Shown here piece by piece: positions 1-12,900 of a stretch of DNA of 64,000 bases (positions are counted from its first letter, which is position 1; each line of letters begins with the position of its first letter). This DNA is from Hemiscyllium ocellatum. Its lineage: Eukaryota. The notes below the pieces were generated by a model that ran no database searches, had not been told where the DNA came from, and worked only from the letters and a program-made list of their open reading frames with translations. The position numbers were made by a program, and so were the translations under genes. The DNA lies in assembly GCF_020745735.1 (NCBI RefSeq), contig NC_083411.1, forward strand, positions 28,603,263-28,667,262. The letters run 5' to 3'.

Positions 1-59
1 TGCACTGTCACTGTCAGGGACCTGAAGACATTTCTACCAAGGTTGCTCATTTCCTCTAA

Positions 60-800
60 CCATCTCAATATTCTTTATTTGATTTGTATGCTTTATTTAT
101 CTTCACCAATTGCATAATCTCCCAAATTCTCCAGATTGAATTCCATTTGCCACTTTACTATCCACCCAACCAAACCATTGACATCATCCTACAGTCAACA
201 GCCATCCTTTTCACCATGGCCAGTTTCTGCATCATCTGCAAATTTCCCAGTCATGTTTTCCATCTTTAAGTATATACCACAAATAGCAAGGATCTAACTT
301 GTGGACTGCCACTGGAAACCACTTTCCATTTGTATAAGCGTTTTGCAATCATTACCCTTTGTTTCCTGTTGCTGACTCAATTTTGCATCCAATTCACCAT
401 ATTCCTGTACCCCAAAGGATTTTATTTTTGTGACCAGTCTACCACATGTAACTAATATCTACAGCAATACTATCATCAATTCTCCTTGTTATTTTTTCAG
501 AAATGTCAGCAGTCACAATTTTTCCCTATTAAAGCTTCACTATCCTGAAGTTGCTATCCATAGTAACTACACTGATGAGCCTGTAATTATTTTACTTAGC
601 ACTTGCACTCTTTTTAAGTAATAGTATAGCATTGCATCCTTCCAATCTTCAACACATCCGCACTGAGTGACGATCTTCCTTAAATCCTTCACTATTTCCT
701 GAATTGCTTCCTTTAACAGCCTAGGATACAATCCATTTGGCTCTGGTAATTTATCCACTTTCATGGATATCTCTCCCTCTAGTATTTCCTCTCTCATACT
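60..800 (-). mobile_element. Degenerate CR1 LINE ORF2 fragment
   Basis: ORF 567-803 (VDKLPEPNGLYPRLLKE...EDWKDA) is the CR1 pre-RT motif; decayed RT sequence follows. Confidence 0.75.
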
Positions 801-1099
801 CATTGTATTAAATATTTTACTCTCCTCAAACTAGAATGCCTGCATCATTGTCTCTGTCTTCAGCAAGGAGAGGAAATTACTCACTGAGAACCCTGCATAG
901 ATCTTCTGCATCAGTGATTACCACGTGCAACTTTGATAGACATACCCTTTCCTCAGTTTTTTTTATGCTTTTAAACAATAAAACATCTTTGGATTTTCAT
1001 AGGTTTTACCTGCCAATGTTTTTTCACATCCTATCTTTGCTTCCTAATTTTTCTCTTTTAATTTCCCGCTAATGTTTTCATTACTCCCCAGATATTTCT

Positions 1100-1690
1100 T
1101 AATGAATTCAGAGGATGACGACTTCCTTGGCTGGATCAGTATGCACTGACCATCTCTAAATGCTCTTGAGAATGTGGTAGCTGTTTTCTTCAACTGCTGG
1201 ACTCCACTTGGGTGAAGGTATCCAATAGTTCTGTGAGGGAGGATGTTTCAGGATTTTGACCCAGTGATTGACTTGGAGAGGAACTTTGAGGCTATGATGC
1301 TCCTATGTGTCTCCTTCCAAATGTAAGGATTGTGGGTTTGGAAGCTACAATCAAAAGAACATTAATAATTTCTGCAGTATATCTTGTAGATGGTACACCC
1401 TGCTGCTGTTAAGCAAAAGTAGGGGATTGAATGCATGTGGGTGTGTCAACCAAGTGGTTTCCTTTGCGCTGGATGATGTTGAGTTTCTTGTGTGGAGATG
1501 CACTGATCCCGGCCATTAGGAAGCATTCCATCATATTCCTGACTTGTATTTTATAAATGGTAGACCAGGTTTTGGGATTTAGGTGACTTACCACATAATT
1601 CTTAGCCTCTGACCAGCTCTTATAGCTGCAGTATTTATATTGGTAATCCAGTTCGGATTGCAGTCAATGGTGACTTCCAGGATGTTGATA
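1100..1690 (-). mobile_element. L2/CR1-group LINE 3' fragment
   Basis: ORF 1409-1594 (STIYKIQVRNMMEC...KKLNIIQRK) is the reverse-orientation homologue of 4040-4150. Confidence 0.65.
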
Positions 1691-1699
1691 TGGCCGAAT

Positions 1700-4585
1700 C
1701 CTACGCTGGGTTTGAATTCCATCACAGTATTGAATTTAAATTCAGTTTTAATAAATCTGGAATTACAAGTCTAATGATGATTATTTGACAATTGTTGGAA
1801 AAAATATCTGACTTTTCTGGAAGGAAACTTACCTGGTTTCGCCTACATGTGACTCCAGCTCCCTGAAACAGCCCAGCAAGCCATTCAGTTGCATCAACTA
1901 GAAAGGAAAAGAAAACCTGGATGCATCACCTGACACCAAGTAAGGTAATAGAAATGAGAACAGCGAACACAGATTTGGTAACCCTGCAAATTCTCCTTTG
2001 TGCTAAAATTGGATGAATGGTCTCACAGACTAGTCAGGCAACACCCTGACATAGTTAGACTAACCTGCATACAACAATCCAGGCAACACCATCATCATGT
2101 CTTGTTCCAGCAGGATGGACTCAGCAGAGGTGGGAGCAATGGTATACAGTCAGAAGGGAGCTGCTGTATGAGTTCTCTACATTGACTCTGGATCCCATGA
2201 AGTCTTATGGCATCAAATCAAACACAAGCAATGAAACCGCCTATTGATTGCCATGTACCATTTCCCATAATTAACAAGTCAGTACTCTTCCACATTATAC
2301 AGCTTCTTTCAGGACACACTGGGGGTGGTAAAGATCTAATGTACTCTGGGTGCGGGACCCAGAGAGCTTGGAAGCACTATCAGAGATTGAGCTGGATGAG
2401 TTGTCAAAGACACATCTGCTAGATTGGGTCTGCAGCAGGTGGTGAGGGAAACAAATAAGAGGGAAAACATACTTGACTTCATCCTCACCAATCTGCCTGT
2501 CTCAGATGGATCTATCCAGTCAGTATTGCTGAGAGTGACCAGTGCAGAGTTATGGAGAAAATGATCTGCCTTCCCATTGAAAATACTCTCCAACATGTGT
2601 GGCTCTATCACCATACTAAATTGGACAGACTTCAAGCAGATCCAGCAACTCAATACTGGGCATCCATGAGTCAAATAGCACTCCAACACAATCTGCAATT
2701 ACATAGCCCAGCACATTCCCCACTCTATCATCATGATGGCAGGTTTCAATATCAGTTCAAAGGAAAGACTACAGAAAGGCAGTAGAGTGCAGCAGTACCA
2801 GGCACACCTAAAAATATGACATCAAGCTGGTAAACTGACAAACTGGGATTAATTGTATGCCAAACAGGATAAGAAGTGATAGAGTCAAGTGATTCCTCAA
2901 TCGCTCAGACTTCAACTGGTCAGTGCTGCTATATCCAGTCATGAATGGTTATGGCCTGGAGGACAAGAAATATCTCCACCCTCAGTGGTAGCCAACCACC
3001 AACCCAGTCTACTTTTGATCATCAGCAAAGTGATGGAACGTGTCACAATAGTGCTATCAAAAGCACTTGCTTAGCAATAACCAACTTACTGATGTTCAGT
3101 TCAGGTTCCAACAGGACAACTTCACTCCTGACCTCATTACAGTTTTGGGTAAAACATGGTCAAACTGCAGATTCCAAAAATTGAGAGATGAGAGTGACAA
3201 GCCTTTTCATCAATGCCGCATCTGACCACATGTGGCATCAAGGAACCCTACCAATCATAGAATCAATGGGAATTGGAGCAAAACTCAGCTGGTTAGAGTC
3301 ACACCTTGCACAAATGAAGCTGGTTGTACAGCTTGAAGGTCAGACATCTCTGCAAGAATTCTTAGGGTACTACTCTCAGCCCAAAGATCTTCAGCTACTC
3401 CAGAAATGATCTTTCCTCAACCATAAGGTCACAAGTGGATATGTTCACTGACGACTACATTATCTCCAGCACCATTCACAACACATTCAGGCGGCACGGT
3501 GGCACAGTGGTTAGCACTGCTGCCTCACAGCACCAGGGACCTGGGTTCAATTCCCGCCTCAGGCGACTGACTGTGTGGAGTTTGCACGTTCTCCCCGTGT
3601 TTGCGTGGGTTTCCTCCGGGTGCTCCGGTTTCCTCCCACAATCCAAAGATGTGCGGGTCAGGTGAATTGGCCATGCTAAATTGCCCGTAGTGTTAGGTAA
3701 GGGGTATATGTAGGGGTATGGGTGGGTTGCGCTTCGGCGGGTCGGTGTGGACTTGTTGGGCCGAAGGGCCTGTTTCCACACTGTAAGTAATCTAATCTAA
3801 AACATCAGATGCTGAGGAACTTCATGCCCAAATGCAACAAGACCTGGACAATTTCCAGGCTTGGACCAACAAATGGCAGGTAATATTTGAACCATGTAAG
3901 TGCCAGGCAATGGCCATTTCCAATGAGAAAATCTAACCATTGCACCTTGAAATTCAATAGCATCATTATCACTTAATCCCCACTAACAACATCCTGGTGG
4001 TTACCACTGCAGTGAGTCACTCAATTCCTGACTCCCCAAAGCCTGTGTACCATCTACAAGGCAAAAATCAAGAGTGTCATGGGATACTCCTCACTTGGCT
4101 GGAGGACTGCAGTTCCAAAAACACTCAAGAAGCTTGATACCATTCAACTTAGTTGATTGCTTTGTTTGTAGATATGGTGGCATTCAGCCGCTCCATATCC
4201 AACATTCAGTAGCAGTAATGTGTACCATTTGCAAGGTACATTGTAGAGATTTGCCAAGATTCTTTATGCAGCACCTTCCAAACCCATGACCACTTCCATC
4301 TAGAAGGACAAGGCATTAGGTACACATGAACAGCACCACCTGCAAATTTTCTCTTCAAGCTACTGACCATCCAAATTTGGAAATACATCACTGTTCCTTC
4401 AGTGTCATTGGGTCAAAATCCTGGAACTCTCTCCCCAAAAGTATTAGGGTATACCTACACCAACTGGAACTCAGTAGTTCATGACAGCTCACCACCACAT
4501 TCTCAAAGGTAACTGTGTTTGGGCAATGATTTCTGGCTCAACCTGTGACCTCCCCCACATTCCAAGCATGAATTCAGAAAAAAAG
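1700..4585 (+). mobile_element. Decayed L2/CR1-group LINE (EN+RT) with a SINE-like head, interrupted by an HE1 SINE
   Basis: EN start ...SHRLVRQHPDIV; NILDFILTN motif near 2465; MFTDD at 3440 (FADD-like); A-rich 3' tail near 4575-4585. Confidence 0.7.
3490..3800 (+). mobile_element. HE1-type tRNA-derived V-SINE
   Basis: A box TGGCACAGTGG, B box GGTTCAATTCC, V-domain GTGTGGAGTTTGCACGTTCTCCCCGTG, CR1-like tail GGGCCGAAGGGCCTG, (TAATC)n end. Confidence 0.9.
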
Positions 4586-4745
4586 AATATTGCTATCACA
4601 AGCCACTTAATATTGGCACACTGTCCATTTGTGCTCTGGGTCAGTGAACTGTTGTAGATTGCATACTTTGCCTATTTACTTAGCTCATGTACCTTATATA
4701 AACTGGCCTTAATTAATTACCTTTTTAATTTGTGCATTAGATAGA

Positions 4746-5374
4746 TGTTATGCACGAGGCCAGACCCTCTCAGACCAATGCAAGAAAGTAGTCTGGACCC
4801 TGGCTTTGCTAATTGTTTTAAGCAGGTGTAAAGTGGATATTCCAGGAGAAAATCAACTGGTCAAACCATTTAGTTTTAAACAAAACAGATTTTATTTACA
4901 AGGCTACTGAATGAAACACGAAGAACAGAAAACAGAATACTGAATAGCTTAATCTATCCGAAAGCCCAACAGATTGTCCCAACTTAATAATGCTGTTCCA
5001 AATACTTGTAACAATCCCCATAAACACCCATTGGCACAAAAGGTAAAATCAAACACAAGTTCTTACAGGAAAGACATCAGAGAGAGGGTACCAACCTGGA
5101 CCTGCTTCTGGATCCGGCAGATTTTCCACACTACTGCTAAAAAGAAAACCAAAACCAGAGAAAGGCTGAGCTGGGAGAACTGGCCATTCCCTTTTCATTG
5201 TATAAGTGTTTTTTTTAGCTTGAAAGTCTTCTGCCTGTGGCAGACTCTGTAAGTTATTATCAAGTTGGTCCTAAAATACTTCAACCTCCAGACTTTTCAG
5301 AGTCTGTGTCATTTACAACCTCTCTGAAAAAAACAAGGGCTGCATAACTTTGTTAAAGGAACAGCTTTGTCACA
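4746..5374 (-). repeat. 3' LTR of the Gmr1-like element
   Basis: TGTTATG...TGTCACA termini; direct repeat of 9608-10522. Confidence 0.9.
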
Positions 5375-8300
5375 CCTCCCACTATCCAAAGATGGCTTCA
5401 TTTTAAAACCCCATAAAAGGTTTTGTTAGTACTCTGAAACACACATACTTGCATTGACCAAATGCATGACTACATTCCATTTCAGTCTGTTGTACTCCTG
5501 CCATCGAACGCTTCCATACCTCATTCGAAATTTGACAATGCATCGGCAATCACGTTTTCTCGTCCTGCCACATGCACAATTTCAAATTGAATGACTGTAA
5601 CAACAAGCCCCATTTTTGTCCTGATATTTCTCCACAAACATCAATGGGTTATGATTAGTGTATATGATTGTCTCAGATACTTTACTGGCAACAAACACTG
5701 ATATGTTGCAATGCCAACACCAAACTCAAAGTCTCCTTCTCAACTATCAAATATTTCTGCTGATGAATGTTCAACTTCCTGGAGAAATACCCAATAGGTC
5801 TTTCTATCTTCTTGTCATCTTCTTGCAAGAGCACAGCACCAATACCCACATCACTTGCATCGATAGCCACCTTGAATGGCTTTGCATAATTAGACATGAT
5901 TACTACCAGAGCAGTGGTGAACACAGTTTTCAGGCTGTCAAATGCCTTCTGATGGTCTGCTGTCCACTGAAATGTCCTCTCTCTCTTCAGCAATTCAGTA
6001 ATTGAAGCAACCACACTGCTAAAATTTGGTATGAATTTTTCATAAAATCTACTCAATCCCAGGAACCTGAGTACTGCTCTTTTTGTTGATGGTATGAATA
6101 TGGGAAACTCCCCAAATTATCTTTGTTTTTGCACCCTGTGGGTCCATTTGTTCATGTCTAATCCCATAGCCCAAGAAGGTGACTTGGGCTTTGGCAAATT
6201 CACTTTTAGCCAGGTTTATCACCAAGCCTGATGTTGATCGAAAAAGTCTGGTAAGTATTGCAAATGTTTATTCCATGCATGACTAAAAATCACCAGGTCA
6301 TCAATATATATGGTACAGTTGAGTAATCCGACAATGACCTTATAGGTTAGTCTCTGAAATGTGGCTGGTGCATTTTTCATGCCAAATGGCATGAGTTTAA
6401 AATGATACAGTCCATGCGGTGTTAGGGAAGCCAAAATTGCCTTTGCTCTTTCTGACAAAAGTACCTGCCACTATCCTCTAAGCAAGTCCAATTTAGAAAT
6501 TGAAGTTGCTTGACCCACCTTCTCAAGTCTTCCAAATATGGAATCGGATATGCATCAGTCTTTGTAACTGCCTTGATTTTGTGAAAATCCACACATAACT
6601 ACTGGGTGCCATCTGGTTACTAAGGGTGAGCTCCAGTCACTGTAACTCACTTTGGCTATGTCGTCTTGGAACATGTGTTCAATCTCCTTTTGAAGCTGTG
6701 CCAAATTTAGACAATTATGCCTAGAAGGATGTTGCTTAATCAGAACAGCATCGCCTACACCTACATCATGCATAATTAAGTTAGTACTTCCCAGCTTATT
6801 TCCACTTATCTCCTTATGTGATAGTAACAGCTCTATCAGGTCATTTTGATTTTCCTCTGGAAGGTAACTCAATAATTTAACCCAATTTTTGACAACTTTC
6901 TAATTCTCCAAGTTAATTTGAGGAATGTCCAATTCAGAATCCTCTGAACTTGGTTCTTCCCTCTGTGCTGTAATCAATAACACATTTTCCTCTTCTCCTT
7001 CGCTGTCAAAATACCTTTTGAGCATTTTCACATGGCATACACTGTCAGATTTCTTTTTGTCTGGAGTCCCTGTCAAATAGTTCACCTCACTCAATTTCCT
7101 TTCAACTTGGTGAGGTCCATTAAACCTTGCTTTTGCAGGTTCACCTATCACTGGAATTAACCTTATCCCCAAAGCAAAATTGCAAATTTTTGGTTTTGTC
7201 TGCTTCCTTTTCATTTGTATGCTGTGATACTCTTAAATGCTATCTAGCCAACTCCTCAGCTCTGTTTAATCATTCCCTAAAATTTAACAAATAGTCCAAA
7301 TATGTGGTCTCTGAATTCTGACTTACCAATTTCTTCTTAATCAGTCCTCTCACTTCATGCCCAAAAACTAATTCAAATGGACTGAATTTGGTGGATTCAT
7401 TTGGTGCACCTCCGATTGTAAAAAACACAAATGGAATTTCCTTATCCCAATCACATGGATAGTTTTAAATACAAGCCCTCAACATGGTTTTGAATGTCTG
7501 ATGCTACGTTTCTAGTGCTCCCTGCAATTATGAATGGAACGCAGTAGCTTTGAATTGTTTTGTTCCTAAGCTGTCCATAACTTCCTTGAATAATTTTGAT
7601 GTGAAGTTGGACCCTTGATCTAACTGTATCTCTGCCAGTAGTCTGTATCTAGTGAAAAAATTTGTTAATCCTCTACAATCATTTTAGCTGTAATATTGTG
7701 TAACGAAAGTGCCATTGGAAATCTAGTTGACACATCTATAATTGTTAACAAGTACTGATTCCCACTTTTTGTTTGAGGTAGAGGACCTATGTAATCAATT
7801 AAAACACTTGAAAAAGGCTCAAATTCAGATATAGGTATTAAAGGTGCAGCTTTATTACTGCCTGTGGTTTTCCAATTACCTGACATGCAAATGTTAACTA
7901 CATCCTTGTGCAGTCCAGGCCAGTAAAAATGTTTTTGCATTTTGGCTTGTGTTTTCCTCATTCCTAAATGACCCCAAGTGATAAGTAGCTCATGTGCTAC
8001 TCACAACACCTCCTTCCTATATCCACTGGCAAAATGACTTGACAAATTTCTGCTCATTTCTCATCTGCCTGAATGTGAGATGATCTCCATTTCCTCATTT
8101 AGACATCATTTTAAAGATAATATTCAGGGATACATTCAGGTTCCTTTTTTGTGTATGGCTTTTGATACAATTGCTTCACCTTTTCATCTTGCCATTGTAA
8201 CTCAGTTAATTTATCAGAGTTAAAGATGTCTGCATTGGCATCAATCTGCTCCTGGTTTGTGCCAACCATCTGATCAAACCAGCTCTCTGCTAATTCCACT

Positions 8301-9607
8301 TCAACTTTCTTATCTGTACTCTTTGATCTCTCCTGTTTCAGCTGGTGACTTTGTGACCTCGTTATCACAGTCAGGAAAAAGTCCTGCAATAATTCGGTTG
8401 CTCGATTGTATTCCTGGAGCTGAGTGTTTATCCAGTACTCCTACCACAAACTCTCCACTCTTCTTGGACACTGTAACCTCACTTCACATAATTGAGCGCA
8501 TTTTGTCTCATTGTAAATTCCCATTACTAGTACCTGTTCTGGCAATAATCCTTCACAAGTACATCTCTCCTCATCTTTCAGCATCACAGACTGAGAAAAT
8601 CCTGTCTCTCTTAATATTGTAACCTTTTTACCTGCTGCTCCTGTCCTATGTAAATAATCTTCACCATTGCAATCAGGTGGTTTAAGATCTGGCACTTCCT
8701 CCTTAACCAACCTCCAGCCAGCTTGTACATTCTGGTACAGCTGTTTAATCTCTACTGTGCTTTGTTATCACTCCAACAAAATTTACTGGCTTATCCTGTT
8801 TTCCTATATCTAGCTCCCCAGTGCTTCTCTTAACCCATCACTGATTTCATTTGGCCTACGTTATTGCATTGAAAATATCAGAGCTTTTTATCTTCTCTGT
8901 CCCCTTCAAGGGTTTCCTTTTTACTCAGTGATAAGTTATCTTTATGATTTTCATGACGACCTACCTTACCCTTTCCAAGTGAGGATTTTTCTTTTCCCCA
9001 ATTTCTATTCCCTCACAAATTGAAATGGATTCTGGAAACCAAATTTGCTTTATGGATCTACTCATGATCATCAGCCATTTCAGCTGCTAGTCTTGCTGCT
9101 TTAACTCTCTGCTCTTACATGAGTTCTCATTACATCTGACAGTAAATTTTTGAACTCCTGTCTAAGTGCCAATTTCCAAAGTTCGAACTCTCTTCTGCTT
9201 TTAAGCATAATTCATTGTCTTTTGTCTCTAACTCAAGCTGCTTTATTTTCAACTGAATTTTAGCCATCTAAAGATTCTGATGGCGTTTCCAGTAAATTTA
9301 AATGCTGAGCTACTGCTATAACTATCTCTCCTTTCCTCATGCAAGGAGGCAACTCCAACTCCAGCTTGTCTGCTAATTCCAACAGCCTAGCCTTAATCAC
9401 CTTTGGTAAAACCCCCAAGGTCAATTCTTCCACCTCCATAAAACTCTTGGTGACTGAAAGAACCATTGCTATCCCAAGTACTATTTAAACCAACCAAATT
9501 CAACCCCGGAACAAAAGACACCAATATCCACCACTGCCAGTTTAGAGTCCAGAAACTCTAATCCCAATTTGGAATTACACAACAAATTTCACAAAGAGCC
9601 CTCAATC

Positions 9608-10522
9608 TGTTATGGACTAGGCCAGACCCCCTCAAGACACTGCAAGAAAGTAGCCCAAACCCTAACTTTACTAGTTGTTTTAAGGAGGCATAAAGTGATT
9701 ATTCCAGGAGAGAATCAGCTAGTCAAACCATTTAGTTTCAAACAAAACAGAATTTATTGGGCAGCACGGTGGTTAGCACTGCTGCCTCAAGGCGCCAGAG
9801 ACCCGGGTTCAATTCCCGCCTCAGGTGACTGACTGTGTGGAGTTTGCACGTTCTCCCCGTGTCTGTGTGGGTTTCCTCCGGGTGCTCCAGTTTCCTCCCA
9901 CAGTCCAAAGATGTGCAGGTCAGGTGAATTTGCCATGCTAAATTGCCCGTAGTGTTAGATATGGGGTAAATTTATGGGTGGGTTGCACTTCGGCGGGTTG
10001 GTATGGACTTGGTGGGCCGAAGGACCTGTTTCTACACTGTAAGTAATCTATTTACAAGATGACTGAATGAAACACAAACAACAAATAACTCAAGCAACCG
10101 AAAAACAACAGCAAACCATCCCAACATAGCGAAGCTGTTCCAAGCACTTGCAACAATCCCCATAAACACCTTTAGCACGAAAGGTAAAATCAAACTCAAG
10201 TTCTTACAGGATAGAAGTCAGAGAGAGTACCAGCCTGGATGTGATTCTGGGTCCAGCAGCATTTCCACACTACTGCATAAACAAAAGCCAAAACCAAAAC
10301 CAAAGGAGAGCTGAGCTGGGAGAAATGGCCGCTCCCCTTTCATTGCACTAGTGTTTTTATTTCTTGAAAGCCTTTTGCCTGAGGCAGTCACTGTTAGCTA
10401 TTATCAAACTGGCCCTAAAACCAGTCAACCTCCAGACTTTTCGGAATCTGTGTCACTTACAACCTCTCTGAAAAAAAACACCCAAGGACTGCATAACTTT
10501 GTTAAGGAGCAGATTTGTCGCA
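9608..10522 (-). repeat. 5' LTR of the Gmr1-like element (contains a SINE)
   Basis: TGTTATG...TGTCGCA termini; about 290 nt longer than the 3' LTR because of the SINE. Confidence 0.9.
9759..10048 (+). mobile_element. HE1-type SINE inserted in the 5' LTR
   Basis: Closely similar to 3490-3800; absent from the other LTR; TATT target duplication. Confidence 0.9.
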
Positions 10523-10630
10523 TAGGCAATGATAAATTGTCAATGACTAAAGAAATCAACCATTCAGAACAGCAGGGTTTGTTTTTGATGTAGGAAAAGT
10601 TCAATAACTGATGAAGAGAGTGAATTTTCT

Positions 10631-10636
10631 TTTATT
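10631..10636 (-). terminator. Candidate IGBP1 polyadenylation signal AATAAA
   Basis: tttatt on the + strand about 720 nt past the stop codon, in AT-rich unique sequence. No transcript evidence. Confidence 0.45.
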
Positions 10637-11355
10637 TTGCAATATTTGGTTTTCAACATAGGATTTTTTAAAATTAAGTCAATTCCAAGGACTCTGAAAG
10701 AGCAGTAAAACATTTTCTACAAATGCTAAATTGAATACAGACAAGTTACATGAATTCATGTGACAAAAAAACTAATCAAATCAGGGATTAATTATAGCTT
10801 GAGAATTCATCTGGTGCATCTAGTTTTTTTTAAAACACCACTCAGGAAAGTTGCCAAAGAGATCTGAACTCCTAATTTGGAGAATGAAAACAGTTAGGAG
10901 CTATAGATTAAAATGTATTCAATGTTGTTAATATTACATTTAGCAATTGTACTGTATTTATATAATTGCAACTCAGAAGAACTCCACTAAGGCAATTACT
11001 TATGTAAACATCTCAATAAGTGGCAATGAGACATCTGTGCAGTATACACATTTCTCCCACCCAAAGCCATTCCTCCATTTATCTTTCCATACACTGAGAA
11101 AATGCACGTTTTAAATGGCATAAAGCAACAAGTGCCTGACTGTTAAAGTTAAGCATCACAATACGGTCACCGAATTTTTTTAAAAGCAGCAACAACATAA
11201 TTGCTGACAACTCAGAAACCAGTGACATTCTCAGACAAGAGACAGAGGAATATACTCTGCATGGTTGCCAAATCCATTTGAGCATTGGTGCAGCATCCGA
11301 CTCTCAGTGCAATTTCACAAGCACCTAAGAAAGCAGTGTTATCTGAGTAGAAAGG

Positions 11356-11495
11356 CTAGCCCATGTTCTGCCTGTTGCCATATCCACGCCTATGTGTGTC
11401 CTTCCAGTCATCCTTGTCACGTGCGATTTTCAAGGCCTGTTCATCATCACTCTCGTTATCATTCTCTGCCTCTTGATCTTGATTGCCCTCTTCAC
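11356..11495 (-). CDS. IGBP1: IGBP1 last coding exon (exon 7)
   Basis: ttgttccag|GT; ends DDWKDTHRRGYGNRQNMG-TAG, the canonical alpha4 C-terminus. The six exons sum to 1071 nt = 356 aa + stop. Confidence 0.96.
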
Positions 11496-12189
11496 CTGGA
11501 ACAAGAAAGTTTCCAATATCAATTTGACATCTATCAACTACACCAACAAAAGTTAAATGAACCATACGACGTGGTTCAAATAAGTATAAAGTTGCAAAGT
11601 TTAGAATTCCATTGATGATCTGGACTGAGATAACTAAGCCAAGCCCACGTGCCTCTTGATAAGGGAAGACTTTCTAGAATTGGAATAATATCAAAAAGGC
11701 TCAGAAGAACTAGAACCTTGAAAGCAGAAGTGTGAGGAAGGTGACCCCAATATCCAGCAAAACTCTGGAAGTATCTCAACAGTGCTGGAAACAGCTGCAC
11801 CCAACACATTTGTGGGAAAGGGTTGCAAGCATTACCAATTTAAGTGTTATTGGCTCCTGTTAAACTTCTGTCCTCTAATTCCTGAATGGCTCAATCACTA
11901 CTTTGCCCAACATTGGCTGTTCCATATTCCTATGCTTCAGTGCAAGAATTTAATGTTCTCCTCAAAATAACATATCTAAATTCTTTGCTGCATGTTTTCA
12001 ATTTCCTAATGTACACACACATGCCAAATGCTAAGAGCACACTAGTGAGGGTGCTGATCTATATGACTTATAATGGATATAATCTTACATAAATGGAAAA
12101 AATCCATAAACTTCAATGAATATTTGAATAATTAGGTTTGACCAAAAGAAATCATAGGATCTTTCACAAACACTGCCTCCTGTGCCAGA

Positions 12190-12900
12190 GGAGTCTCTCG
12201 GGTATGGTGAATTCAAAGCAGCAGTTGGTTGGCTAAAACATCCAATTTCTCAATCAATCAAAATATCAGGATGCAACCAGTGGGGTTCCAAGAGGATCTG
12301 TGTTAGAGAATCAATTATTCACATTCTTTATTAATAACTTGGATAATGGGTTAGAAACTCATAAAGCCAAATTTGCTGATGACAAGTTAGGTGGCACTAT
12401 GTGCATATAGAATCATAGAGGATGGAAACAGACTCTTTGGTCCAACAGTCCACACCATGTTCCCAAATTAAACTAGTCTCACTTAAAATTACTAAGGCAC
12501 ATTGATAGATTAAGTGAACAGGTTAAATTGTGGCAAATGGAGTTCAATGGAAGCAAGTAAGAGGTTATCCACTTTGTACTGATAAAAGTACAAATACAAG
12601 ACGAAGTTCAGAAGCGTAGATCTTTAAAATATCACAAACAGAAAATAATCAAAAAAATTAAAGGAATGCTGGCTTTTATATCTCAAGGATAGGGATACAA
12701 GGATGCAGAAGTTATGCTGTGGCTTTAAAACACCCTGCTAAACCCCACTTGGTGTACTGAACAGATCGGGGCACCACAATTTGCAAAGGATACACCGGCC
12801 TTGAAGGGAGTACAACATAGGTTTACAGACTATGTAAATTAGGCCCGTTTTCTCTGGAATTCAGAAGGGTAAGGGGGATCTGATTGAGCTACAGGGCTGA
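12190..12900 (+). mobile_element. Highly decayed CR1 RT fragment
   Basis: AAATTTGCTGATGAC (KFADD) and TGGCAAATGGAGTTCAAT (WQMEFN) remnants. Confidence 0.7.

Larger units (their letters stand above)
4746..10522 (-). mobile_element. Gmr1-like Ty3/Gypsy LTR retrotransposon, decayed, both LTRs present
   Basis: Minus-strand order: gag (9466-8850), PR (about 8700-8450), IN (HFYWPGL at 7930, GPY/F-like ARFNGPHQV at 7130), RT (MPFGMKNAPATFQR, YIDD), RNase H (IDASDVGIG). Near-TSD TAGA/TAGG; PPT next to 5374; degenerate tRNA-Pro-type PBS at about 9590-9605. Confidence 0.92.

Noticed and set aside
3490-3570. tRNA genes at the A/B-box sites
   Set aside because: All are SINE heads followed by a V-domain and LINE-like tail; I see no complete cloverleaf.
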